Of a stretch of 64,000 nt of DNA, positions 8,813 through 18,005 are shown piece after piece. The notes under the pieces were generated by a model. It had not been told where the DNA came from, made no database searches, and saw nothing but the letters and a program-made list of their open reading frames with translations. The position numbers were made by a program, and so were the translations under genes. The first letter of the stretch is position 1, and each line of letters starts with the position of its first letter. The stretch is from a virus. Where the stretch lies: IMG/VR virus record IMGVR_UViG_3300034389_000010, positions 1-64,000 of that record, one strand, 5' to 3'.

Positions 8813-10444
8813 ATGGCTAAGAAACCTTTACTGAGCGGTCTGGCAGAGAGCACGAAGCGCCTGCTGGGCGTCATCGACGCGGCCGCACAGATCGACCCGA
8901 ACCAATCGGCCTACAACTACGACGGCGTGACCGTCGCCATGTTGGCCGGCAGCGGCGACAAGCCGGTGCGCAACCGGGTGCAGATTTACGAAAAGTGGTT
9001 CCGGATGATGGGGCATCCCATTATCAGTACCGCCCTGCGCGCGCACGTCACCCAGGCCCTGGGCGGTCATGAGACCAGCGGCGACACCATTTTCATGGAG
9101 CCCAAGCCTACCGCCTCGGCGGCCGAGCGCGCCCTGATCGAGGAGATCGCAAGCGACCTGCTGCCGCTGTTCAACCGGGAGGCCCATTCCCTGGCCTTTC
9201 GCGCGACCGGCTTCGGTGATGCCTACCTGCGGATCATTTTCGAGCCCGGCAAGGGCGTCGCGGATCTCTACGGCGGCGAGCTGATCCTGCCCCCGCTGAT
9301 CCAGCCCTATGAGCGCGGCAACATCACCACCGGCTACGTCTGGACCACCGGCGAGAAGGCCAGCGAGCGCCTGACCGTCAAGCAGATGGCCCGCTGCAAG
9401 ATGAAGCGGATGAACTACATCCCCCAGGTGCGCGCCCAGGAGCTGGCGCAGCGCCTGTCGCTGATCCAGGACGAGATCGAGAAGTGGCCGCACATGCCGG
9501 CGCTGGTGGGCGGCGCCTTCCTGGACGCGGCCGAGGAGCCGCACGATCGCCTGCAGACCTCGCTCGCAGGCCTTGTGGCCAACCGCATCCTGGGCTCGAT
9601 CGACGAAAGCCTGGTGACCATGAACATGGAGGGCATGACCCTCGAACAGCAGAAAAAGGCGGTGGGCAACCTCGCCCGAATGCTGGAGACCAGCAAGCGC
9701 GCGGCCCAGGCGCTGATCGACAAGGGCGAGTTTTCCACCCAGCGCATCACCCACGTCATGCCGGTGCATGGCGACAAGGCGATCACCCAGGTCCAGGCCT
9801 TCCAGGGCTCTGCGGCGACCGGGACTATCAGCATCGACGACGTCATGATCCAAGCCCGCCTGCTGGCCGGCGCCCTGGGCATGGATCTCGCCCTGCTGGG
9901 CTTTGCCGACCAGCTCGCCGGCGGCCTGGGCGAGGGCGGGTTCTTCCGCACCAGCGTCCAGGCGGCCGAGCGCTCGGACATCATCCGCACCGCCCTGACC
10001 GAGTGCTGGAACCACATCGTGGACGTCCACACCCTGGAGCGTTACGGCTACTGCTTCGACCCCGGCAAACGCCCCTACCAGTTCAACTACTTCGGCGCCA
10101 CCAGCGCTCTGGACCGCGAGCAGCAGGAGACGCGAGAGCGCTCCATGAATGCGACCTCGGTGATGGTCCAGGTTATGGAGCAGCTGCGCCAGATGGGCCT
10201 GCCCGAGGACGCCATGGCGCTGCTCATGCAGACCTCGATGGCCCTCGACGAGGACTACGCCAAGCGCCTGGCCAAGGCGATCTGCAGCGCCAAGCCGCCG
10301 GGCGATCAAGAGCCCGGTTTCGGCTTCGGTGAAGAGCCGCCCGAGCCGCCTGGCGCGCCGGACTCCGACGAGTCCGACCCCGAAGACGAACCGCCCGCCA
10401 CCCCCAAGAAAACCCGCTTCCCGAAGGCACAGACCAATGCTTAA
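8813..10444 (+). CDS. Portal protein, P1 Prt-like
   Basis: 543 aa; FGDAY.R and LLGFADQLAGGLGEGGFFRTS.QAA motifs recalled from P1-type portals; precedes protease. Confidence 0.8.
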   Translation: MAKKPLLSGLAESTKRLLGVIDAAAQIDPNQSAYNYDGVTVAMLAGSGDKPVRNRVQIYEKWFRMMGHPIISTALRAHVTQALGGHETSGDTIFMEPKPTASAAERALIEEIASDLLPLFNREAHSLAFRATGFGDAYLRIIFEPGKGVADLYGGELILPPLIQPYERGNITTGYVWTTGEKASERLTVKQMARCKMKRMNYIPQVRAQELAQRLSLIQDEIEKWPHMPALVGGAFLDAAEEPHDRLQTSLAGLVANRILGSIDESLVTMNMEGMTLEQQKKAVGNLARMLETSKRAAQALIDKGEFSTQRITHVMPVHGDKAITQVQAFQGSAATGTISIDDVMIQARLLAGALGMDLALLGFADQLAGGLGEGGFFRTSVQAAERSDIIRTALTECWNHIVDVHTLERYGYCFDPGKRPYQFNYFGATSALDREQQETRERSMNATSVMVQVMEQLRQMGLPEDAMALLMQTSMALDEDYAKRLAKAICSAKPPGDQEPGFGFGEEPPEPPGAPDSDESDPEDEPPATPKKTRFPKAQTNA

Positions 10445-11276
10445 AACCGGCGTCATCACCTACAACCTGGCCGAGCGCGGCCGCAAGGCGCGGGGCCAGG
10501 ACCGCAACCTGGATCTGCCCATGGCCGCCAAGCTGATCAACAGCCCGGCCGTGCAGGAAATGGTCGCCCAGGGCGATATGATCGGCTGGTACGGGCATTG
10601 GCCGCGCGAGAGGTTCGGCATCAACGCCGTCGAAGGCGCGGTCGTCAACGGCCAGGCAGTGGCCCTAGTGCCGGCGATCCGGACCCTGTACCTCAAGGCC
10701 TACGACGACGGCACGGTCGAGCACGAGACCCAGTTCCTCGACACCGCCGCCGGCAAGATCGCCGCGCGCAACTGGCAATCCAAGGTCGGCGGTTTTTCCT
10801 CGGCGATGCTGACCAAGGCCATTGGCCAGAAGGCGGTGGCTACCACCTTCGCCGGCTTCGACTACGTCCTGGAGCCCAACTACACCGCCAATCGCGGCTA
10901 CATCCTGGCGCTCGACGCCGTCGCCCCCGACAGTCCCGAGCATGCCCTGCTGCTGGACGCCCTGGAGCGCCAGCAGGAGCTTGAGCAGACCGCGCTGATG
11001 CTGGACAGCCTGCAGGGTCAATACGACAGCCTGCTGGCCTCTATGGCTCACCTGGGGCAGGAGAACGAGTATTACCGCGAGCGGCTGATCCGCACCGGCA
11101 TGAACCTCACCGTGCTCGATGCCGTGCGCGAGCTGCGCCAGACCCAGGCGCCGCACCCCCTGCTGCAGGCGGACGACTTCAAGGGTGCCAAGCTCGCCGG
11201 CTACCAGAAGGTCGAGGACCCCACGCCCAAGACCCCCGGCCTCTTTGGCGGCGTGCTGGCCAGGCTCGGGCTCTGA
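10437..11276 (+). CDS. Prohead (head-processing) protease, P1 Pro-like
   Basis: GWYGH, GGFSS, FDYVLEPN motifs; follows portal. Confidence 0.8.
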   Translation: MLKTGVITYNLAERGRKARGQDRNLDLPMAAKLINSPAVQEMVAQGDMIGWYGHWPRERFGINAVEGAVVNGQAVALVPAIRTLYLKAYDDGTVEHETQFLDTAAGKIAARNWQSKVGGFSSAMLTKAIGQKAVATTFAGFDYVLEPNYTANRGYILALDAVAPDSPEHALLLDALERQQELEQTALMLDSLQGQYDSLLASMAHLGQENEYYRERLIRTGMNLTVLDAVRELRQTQAPHPLLQADDFKGAKLAGYQKVEDPTPKTPGLFGGVLARLGL

Positions 11277-11279
11277 TCC

Positions 11280-14168
11280 ATGGCAGACGAGCAGATCAAG
11301 CCGTTGATCCAGCTGCGCGCCGACGACCTGGGCTTTCTGCTGGGCGATCGCCTGGAGCTGACCCAGGACCGCGAGCGCCTGGAGCTGCTGCGCGCCATCA
11401 AGGCCGACACCGCCGCCATGCGCCAGGCCCTGGGCCAGGGCGTAAAGGGTGGCGTCGCGGCCCGTCCGGGCGCGGCCGAACAGCTGCAGCAGCAGACGCT
11501 GCCGGCCAGCCCCGCCCTGGCCTCGGTGAAACGTGCCGAGCCTACCCAGGCGGCCGCCGTGCGCGAGCTGCAGGGCATCAACCAGGCACTGGACGGCATC
11601 AGCGAGCAGCTGGCTCAGCCCGAGGGCAAGCAGGCGCCGGTGCTGCGCGTGGTGCCGACTGTAGCCCCGCCGACGCCGGTGGTATCGGCGCGGCCCCAGG
11701 CCGCTGCACCCGTGGCGGTGGCCACCCCAGCCAAGGCGGCCGCACCCGTCGCCGCCAACCGACAGCGCGACGACCGTGGCCGGTTCATTCCCAAGGCCCA
11801 GCGCGAAGCCATGCGCAAGGCCGGTGGCGATCAGCAGGCGAGCGAGGAGCACGACGCCCACGAGCAGGATGCCAAGGACGAACGGCGCCAGCGCCGCACC
11901 GAAGGCGTCATGACCCGGCTGACCGGGGCGCTCGCCCGGCTGCGCGGTGGCCTGACTGGCGCCGGCAGTGGCGCCGAGCAGCTGGATCCGACCCTGGCCG
12001 CCATGCACGAGGCCCGAGGCCTGGCCGCCCCCATCACCGGGACCCTGGGCCGGCTGTTCGGCTCGCGCCGGGGCACCGAGGCCGAGCAGATCGAACGCAA
12101 GGTCAACGTGCCCTGGTACCGCCGCCTCTATGGCGAGCTGCACGAGATCAACAAGAAGACCGAGCGCCAGAGCCTGCTGTCGCGCCTGGGCGGCCTGCTG
12201 ACCAAGCTGCCGCTGCTCGGGCCGCTGCTGGGCCTGCTGGGCGGCCTGCTCAAGCGCATGGGGCTGATGAGCCTGGCGGGCGCTGCAATGCGTGGCCTGG
12301 GCTCTGCCCTGGGTGGCCGTGGTCGTCGTGGTGGCCGAGCGGGCCGCGCGGGGGCTACCGCGCGCACGCCTCGCACCTGGCGGGAACGCCGCGAGCGCGA
12401 TCGCCGGGCACGCGCCCTGCGTCGGCAACGTCGTGGCCGCGACCTCACCCGCAAGGGCGAGCGCCGCGAGGAGGCCCGCAAAGCCCGCGTGGCCACCGCT
12501 CGCGAGACCGAGCGCACCCTGCAGGCCGAGCAGCGCACGGCACGCGAAGCCAAGGGCGCCAGCAGTGGCAAGACCGCGCCCAGTGGTGGCGGTCTGTGGG
12601 GCTCGCTCAAGAAGCGTGGCGGCAGCCTGCTGGGTCCCCTGCGCCGTATTCCGGTGCTGGGCACATTGATAGGCCTGGCCATGGCTGGCGGCAGCCTTGC
12701 AGGCCTGGGCGATCAGACCCGCGAGGAGAAATTCAACACCGTAGGCTCTGTGGCCGGTAGCGGTATCGGCGGCGCCCTGGGTGGCCTGTTCGGTGGTCCG
12801 GTGGGCGCCGTCCTGGGCGCGGCCCTGGGTGACAAGATCGGCGGCATGGTCGGCGACTGGCTGGCCACCGTGGACTGGGAGAAGGTCGGCGACCAGATCA
12901 CCGGCGCCTGGGATGGCGCGGTGGCGGCCGTCAAGGACGGCTGGGCCTGGTGCCAGGACAAGTTCGGCGGGGTGATCGACACCCTGGGCGAGTGGGCCGG
13001 CAAGGCTGGCGACTGGGTCAAGGAGAAGACTGCCCAGGCCAGGGAGACGCTGCAGAAGGCGGGCGAGTTCGTCACCGAGAAAGCCGGGCAGGCACGCGAT
13101 GCGGTCATGCAGAACGAGACCGTGCAGAAGGGCGTCAAGGCTGCCGGCGAGGTGGTGGACAAGGTCAAGGAGAAGGCCGCCCCCGTGGTCGAGGCTGCTG
13201 GCGACAAGCTGAGCGAGGTCAAGGATGCGGCGGTGGTCGCCGGCGGACGCCTGGCGGGCCGGCTCGACAAGAGCTTCCGCCACAAGGAGAGCTTCGAGGG
13301 CGTCAAGGGCGGTGACAACCTGGCCAGGTACGGCCGCTACACCAACGACGAAGCCGAGCGCATCCGCCAGCTCAAGGCCTCCGGCGCCAACACCGGTGGC
13401 AGCACCCCCGGCGGCCTGTCGATCGAGAACCGCAACAAGATCATTGCCTCGGCCAAGGCACATGGCCAGGACCCGCAGGCGATGCTGGAGATCGCGGCGC
13501 TGGAGAGCGGCGGCAACCCCAACGCCATCAGCTCCACCGGTGCGATCGGCCTGTACCAGCACACCGGCGGCACCGCCTCGGGCGTGGGCATCACCGACCG
13601 TTTCGACGTCGATCAGAACATCGAAGGCGCGATGAGGCTCGCCCAGGAGAACAGCGCCGCCCTGCAGAAGGCCGGTCTGCCGGTGACCCGCGACAACCTC
13701 TACATGATGCACCAGCTCGGTCCGGTGGCCGCCAAGGAGATCATCCGGGGCGCCGCCCAGGGCAAGAGCATGGACCAGCTGTCCCAGGGCACGCAGAACG
13801 CCGCTGGCTTCAACGTCGGCAAGGGCAGCAAGACCGCCGCCCAGTACCTGGCCACCAACAGCCAGGCGCTCGATACCCGGCTGGGCAAGGTCACCACCGC
13901 TGACCCGGTGGGCGTCAAGCCCATGCCGGCGGCCGCCACCAACCCGGCCGCCTCGGCAAGGTCCCCGGCTACCGCGTCCGTGGTCCCGCGCGCCCTTCCG
14001 AGCGATGCCAGCAAGACCCCGAGCGTGCAGGTCAAGGTCGCCAGCAATGGCGGCGATCGCAAGGATCCGCCGGTCGTGATCAACCAGCCCCTTACCCAAA
14101 ACGTCGCCGATCGCGGCCTGGCGCACGCCGCCACCGGCGGAATCGGAATGGACGGCCGGAGACCCTAG
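11280..14168 (+). CDS. Tape measure protein with C-terminal lytic transglycosylase (Sit-like)
   Basis: Ala/Gly-rich with TM-like stretches and 11-mer repeats; SLT motif LESGGNPNAIS..GAIGLYQ. Confidence 0.8.
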   Translation: MADEQIKPLIQLRADDLGFLLGDRLELTQDRERLELLRAIKADTAAMRQALGQGVKGGVAARPGAAEQLQQQTLPASPALASVKRAEPTQAAAVRELQGINQALDGISEQLAQPEGKQAPVLRVVPTVAPPTPVVSARPQAAAPVAVATPAKAAAPVAANRQRDDRGRFIPKAQREAMRKAGGDQQASEEHDAHEQDAKDERRQRRTEGVMTRLTGALARLRGGLTGAGSGAEQLDPTLAAMHEARGLAAPITGTLGRLFGSRRGTEAEQIERKVNVPWYRRLYGELHEINKKTERQSLLSRLGGLLTKLPLLGPLLGLLGGLLKRMGLMSLAGAAMRGLGSALGGRGRRGGRAGRAGATARTPRTWRERRERDRRARALRRQRRGRDLTRKGERREEARKARVATARETERTLQAEQRTAREAKGASSGKTAPSGGGLWGSLKKRGGSLLGPLRRIPVLGTLIGLAMAGGSLAGLGDQTREEKFNTVGSVAGSGIGGALGGLFGGPVGAVLGAALGDKIGGMVGDWLATVDWEKVGDQITGAWDGAVAAVKDGWAWCQDKFGGVIDTLGEWAGKAGDWVKEKTAQARETLQKAGEFVTEKAGQARDAVMQNETVQKGVKAAGEVVDKVKEKAAPVVEAAGDKLSEVKDAAVVAGGRLAGRLDKSFRHKESFEGVKGGDNLARYGRYTNDEAERIRQLKASGANTGGSTPGGLSIENRNKIIASAKAHGQDPQAMLEIAALESGGNPNAISSTGAIGLYQHTGGTASGVGITDRFDVDQNIEGAMRLAQENSAALQKAGLPVTRDNLYMMHQLGPVAAKEIIRGAAQGKSMDQLSQGTQNAAGFNVGKGSKTAAQYLATNSQALDTRLGKVTTADPVGVKPMPAAATNPAASARSPATASVVPRALPSDASKTPSVQVKVASNGGDRKDPPVVINQPLTQNVADRGLAHAATGGIGMDGRRP

Positions 14169-14477
14169 ATGAGCGACTTTAAGCTGGACCTCAGTGAAGT
14201 CGTGGACATGGTCCGCCATTGGCTGCAGATGCGCGCCAATGGCTACTTGGGCCAGCCCTACGGCAACAACCTCAAGGATCTGCTGCAAAAGCCCATGAAC
14301 GCCATGCAGGCAGATGACCTGCTGCGAAAGCTGATCAAGGACGTGCCGATTCTGGCCGAGCTGCCCAAGGGTTCGATCAACCTCTACCAGGAGGACCTGA
14401 GCAACCAGCACAAGCGGCTGATCCTGGATCTGGCGGGCCGGCAGGTGACGATTGATAGTCTCGGGAATGTGAAGTGA
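14169..14477 (+). CDS. Baseplate wedge/sheath initiator (gp25/PmgA-like)
   Basis: HWL....GYLG..YG motif, position before baseplate J-like gene. Confidence 0.6.
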   Translation: MSDFKLDLSEVVDMVRHWLQMRANGYLGQPYGNNLKDLLQKPMNAMQADDLLRKLIKDVPILAELPKGSINLYQEDLSNQHKRLILDLAGRQVTIDSLGNVK

Positions 14478-15880
14478 CGACGACAGCAGCAGACTTTCTG
14501 GCCAAGGCGGAGGCGGCCATCACCGCCTACCCCAACGCCGCCGCGCTCTACCGCATCCAGGACCCGCGCATTGTGGCCCTGGTCGGCGCCATGGCCGCGA
14601 TGCTGGCGCTTTCCTCCGAGGAACAGGCTGTCGCCGCCATGGAGCCCTTCACCAAGGCGCGTGACGTGACGGTGCTGGCGGATGCGGCCGTGAAGGGCGT
14701 GCTGCCCTTCGGTACCGGGCAGCGCTCGGTGCTCACGGTGAAGAACGTCACCGACGCCGCCTTCACCCTCGCCGCCGGCCGGCGCCTGCTCGACCCCCAG
14801 GGTCGCGTGCATATCGTCACCGTGGGCGCCACCGTGCCCGCCCAGGGCCAGGCCAGCATCACCGTCAAGCAGGAGGTCACCACCGTCCTGACGCACAAGG
14901 TGACGCAGAGCCAGCCCTTCTACGCGGTGCCGATCGATGCGCCCGAGACCGGCTATCTGTCGGCCATCGCCGTGACGGACAGCAGCGGCAACCAGTACAG
15001 CTACAAGCCAGCCTTCGCCAACACCGAGCTGGATGAATACGCCTACAACATGGAGAGCGACGAGGAGCGCCAGCTAACCGTGCGCTTTGGTGCAGAGGGC
15101 ATCGGCGGCTACCAGCCCGGTGTCGGCGAGACTCTGCTGATCGCCGTGAGCCAGACCGAGGGCGCCATCACCCTGTCGGCGAACGCGCCCTTCGTCCTGG
15201 AGTACACCCCGACCCGCGCCGAGGCCGGCGCCGTCATCACCCTGGCCGAGGTGGTCGCCGGCGGCAAGGCGCCGATGGACATCGAGACGCTGCGCGAGGT
15301 GACCGGTTACCCCTCGCTCTACGATGAGTCGGCGGTGTTCCTGGGCGAGTGGGACTTTCTGCTGCGCAAGAATCTGCCCGGCTTCCGCTTCCTGTCGGTC
15401 TGGAATGAGCGCCATGAGGAGGCCGTGCGCGGCGCCAGCGTGGACAACATGAATACGCTGTTCATCGCCGCGCAGATGGACGACGTGGACAGCGCCAGCC
15501 TGTTCACCGACATCACCCGCGTCATCAAGCGCGCGGACGACTCCTACCGCCTCAAGCAGGTGCCGGTGGCCGAGGTGGCCATCCCGGTGGAGATCCTGCT
15601 GATCGTGCCCTCGATCTACGACGCCGATACCGTCAGATCCACCGCCCGCGCGCTGATCCTCAAGGAGTACGGCCGCGACTCCGCCTTCGCCAAGCGCGGC
15701 CGTAGCCGGATCCTTCACCGCAGGATCATCACCCTCCTGCAGAGCAGCATCGCCGCCTGCCAGGCCGAGGGCGCCGACATCCAGGTCAGCGTTAAGGATA
15801 GCTCCACCATCCTGCCGGAGAGCTACCGCTACGTCTCCGAGGCAAGCCTGGTGCTCAACGTGGAGCCGCCGGAGGAATGA
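14474..15880 (+). CDS. Baseplate wedge protein (BplA/J-like)
   Basis: Size, position, VRFG...G..P motif. Confidence 0.7.
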   Translation: MTTTAADFLAKAEAAITAYPNAAALYRIQDPRIVALVGAMAAMLALSSEEQAVAAMEPFTKARDVTVLADAAVKGVLPFGTGQRSVLTVKNVTDAAFTLAAGRRLLDPQGRVHIVTVGATVPAQGQASITVKQEVTTVLTHKVTQSQPFYAVPIDAPETGYLSAIAVTDSSGNQYSYKPAFANTELDEYAYNMESDEERQLTVRFGAEGIGGYQPGVGETLLIAVSQTEGAITLSANAPFVLEYTPTRAEAGAVITLAEVVAGGKAPMDIETLREVTGYPSLYDESAVFLGEWDFLLRKNLPGFRFLSVWNERHEEAVRGASVDNMNTLFIAAQMDDVDSASLFTDITRVIKRADDSYRLKQVPVAEVAIPVEILLIVPSIYDADTVRSTARALILKEYGRDSAFAKRGRSRILHRRIITLLQSSIAACQAEGADIQVSVKDSSTILPESYRYVSEASLVLNVEPPEE

Positions 15881-16560
15881 GCATGAATCCGCTGCTCAAC
15901 ACCCTGCAGGTCGGCGACGTCGAGCGCGAGCTGGTGCAGCTGTTCGCCCAGCTCTACCAGGACAACCTTGCCGAGCTTGCCGACGAGATCAACGTCTACG
16001 GCGCCCAGCACCTGGGGCCGCTGTCGCTGATCCAGCGGGCGCTGACCGGTGACGGTCTGTCGGTGCTCAACCTCACCGATGAGGCCGGCATGCGCTACCT
16101 GTACAAGGCCTGGCGCCATCGCAACCCCAAGCGCGGCATGCACTTCCTGCGCAAGTACCTGCAGGTGCTGTTCGGCTCGGTCTACAACGTGGACCAGCTG
16201 TGGCAGAAGAAGTCCGGCGTCTATCCCGAGGACTGCAAGTCCCTGGCGGAAATCGCGCTCGATGGCGAGACGATCGAGCAGTATTTCCTGACCTCGCGGG
16301 TGCGCGTGGACGTGGCCACCGAGGTCGTCCCCGAGCGCGTGCTGCGCGCCCTGCTATCCACCGTGGCCGCGCGGATCGTGCTGGAGGTGCGGGTTACCCG
16401 CGCCTTCCGCATCGACTACGTCGCCGCACCCGTCTTTTACCCCTTCACCCTGTGTTACGTCGCCGGCGAGCTGCTGGCCGACGTTCTGCCTGCGGGCAGC
16501 CTAGCTGTGGACGGTCTCACCGTCGTCGATAGCGGCGCCTACGTCACCTCCCTCAAATAG
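15877..16560 (+). CDS. Baseplate protein (P2 gpI/P1 gp16-like)
   Basis: NPKRG..FL..YL..LF motif following J-like gene. Confidence 0.65.
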   Translation: MSMNPLLNTLQVGDVERELVQLFAQLYQDNLAELADEINVYGAQHLGPLSLIQRALTGDGLSVLNLTDEAGMRYLYKAWRHRNPKRGMHFLRKYLQVLFGSVYNVDQLWQKKSGVYPEDCKSLAEIALDGETIEQYFLTSRVRVDVATEVVPERVLRALLSTVAARIVLEVRVTRAFRIDYVAAPVFYPFTLCYVAGELLADVLPAGSLAVDGLTVVDSGAYVTSLK

Positions 16561-16573
16561 CTAGAGCTGCCCA

Positions 16574-17887
16574 ATGGCCGACACTATCGATCTATCCGCT
16601 GCGCTTCTCCGCATGGGCTACACCCGCCCGGCGCCTTCCAATCGCTACATCGCAGGGTTCGGCGACAGCCGTATTTTCCTGTCCTGGTCCGGCTCGAACG
16701 GCAATGACTTCCTCAAGTCCTGGGGCGTCATGACCTGGATCCAGCGCTACAGCGGCGGCGCGGCCGCCTGCCCGGTGGCCTATAACGGCGGCGTCGCCGG
16801 CGAGACCACGAGCGATATGCTCAAGCGTCAGGCCGCGTTCATCACGCTGCTCAAGGCCAACAGCATCAACCTGGTGGTGGTGTGGGGCTCGACCAACGAC
16901 CGCACCCAGGGCATGGACATCCTCGACAGCCAGCGCAACCTGATGGACATCGTGCGCAACTTCCAGCAGAACGGCATCGCGGTCATCGTGGTGAGCGAGA
17001 CGCCGCGCGGCAACGGCTCCAGCAGCTACGAGCTGTCCGCCGCTGGCAAAGCCGCTCACTACGCCATGCACGTCTGGATCGAGACGGTGCTGAGCCAAAT
17101 GTGCGCGGTGGCCAACGTGTGGGACCGCTGGGTCAACGTCGGCAGCGGCTCGCTCTACTACGCCCTGACCAGTGTCGTGCGCGATGGTATCCACGCCAGC
17201 AAGATCGGCGCCCAGCTGGCCGGCATGGTGCTCGGCCCGATCGTCAAGGCGTACTGCCGGGGCCTGCCCGATGTCCCGGAGTCGAACGTGGTCTACAACG
17301 CCACCACCAACCCCAGGGGCTCGCTCACCACCAACCCCCAGGTAGCCGGTACCAGCGGCAACATCAACGCCAACTGCGCACCCACGGCCGGCTCCCAGCT
17401 GGCGGATGGCTGGGGCGCGGAGCTGTCCGGCGGCAGCATCAGCGGCCTGGCCACGACCTTCTCCAAGACCACCCTGGCCGACACCTTCACCTACCAGAAA
17501 GTCTCCGTGAAAGGGATCTCGACGGCCAGCCAGACCGAGCTGAGTTTCTTCGTGGACGTGCCCCTGGCGAGCCTTGCCAACGGCGACAAGGTCAAGGCCG
17601 CTGGCCTGATCGCAAGCGAGGGTGTCGGCATCAGTGCGGTCGGCCTGGGCCTGCTGCTGGTCCCGAGCTACACGCAAAAGCTCGATGGCGATGAGTCCGA
17701 TCCGACCCTGCCCTACCCGAGCGACAACACCGGGGTGCTGCCTTTTGAGGGGCCGATCCTCAACTACGCGACCGCCTCGGGCCACACGCTCATCCGGGTG
17801 CGCATCACCCTCACGCTGACCCCCTCGCGGGACGTGAACTGCAGTATCTGGTTCCGCAAGATCGGCGCGGTGAAAGTGGCGTACTGA
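16574..17887 (+). CDS. SGNH/GDSL esterase with C-terminal beta-sandwich, probably tail-associated
   Basis: All four SGNH blocks: GDS, GVAGET, GSTND, DGIH; no signal peptide. Confidence 0.85.
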   Translation: MADTIDLSAALLRMGYTRPAPSNRYIAGFGDSRIFLSWSGSNGNDFLKSWGVMTWIQRYSGGAAACPVAYNGGVAGETTSDMLKRQAAFITLLKANSINLVVVWGSTNDRTQGMDILDSQRNLMDIVRNFQQNGIAVIVVSETPRGNGSSSYELSAAGKAAHYAMHVWIETVLSQMCAVANVWDRWVNVGSGSLYYALTSVVRDGIHASKIGAQLAGMVLGPIVKAYCRGLPDVPESNVVYNATTNPRGSLTTNPQVAGTSGNINANCAPTAGSQLADGWGAELSGGSISGLATTFSKTTLADTFTYQKVSVKGISTASQTELSFFVDVPLASLANGDKVKAAGLIASEGVGISAVGLGLLLVPSYTQKLDGDESDPTLPYPSDNTGVLPFEGPILNYATASGHTLIRVRITLTLTPSRDVNCSIWFRKIGAVKVAY

Positions 17888-17901
17888 CGGCGGCGCCCTA
17901 T

Positions 17902-17943
17902 CGGAAAGGGCGCCCCGGAGGCATGTGACCAAGGTCACAAAAT
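17902..17943 (+). promoter_or_regulatory. Late-promoter element CGGAAAG-N29-CAAAAT
   Basis: Upstream of tail fibre; motif sits in GGCGCCCT/AGGGCGCC hairpin. Confidence 0.8.
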
Positions 17944-18005
17944 TGTGGGCAGCATAGGCGTGCCCTCGTGGCCGCCTGCACCTCTTAGGCGCCCACGAGG
18001 ACCGC

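Noticed and set aside
10665-14411. Very long antisense ORFs (also 6818-8596, 28880-30919, 33672-35621, 35970-37877, 44117-46018)
   Set aside because: Shadow frames of high-GC3 sense genes; no motifs or RBS
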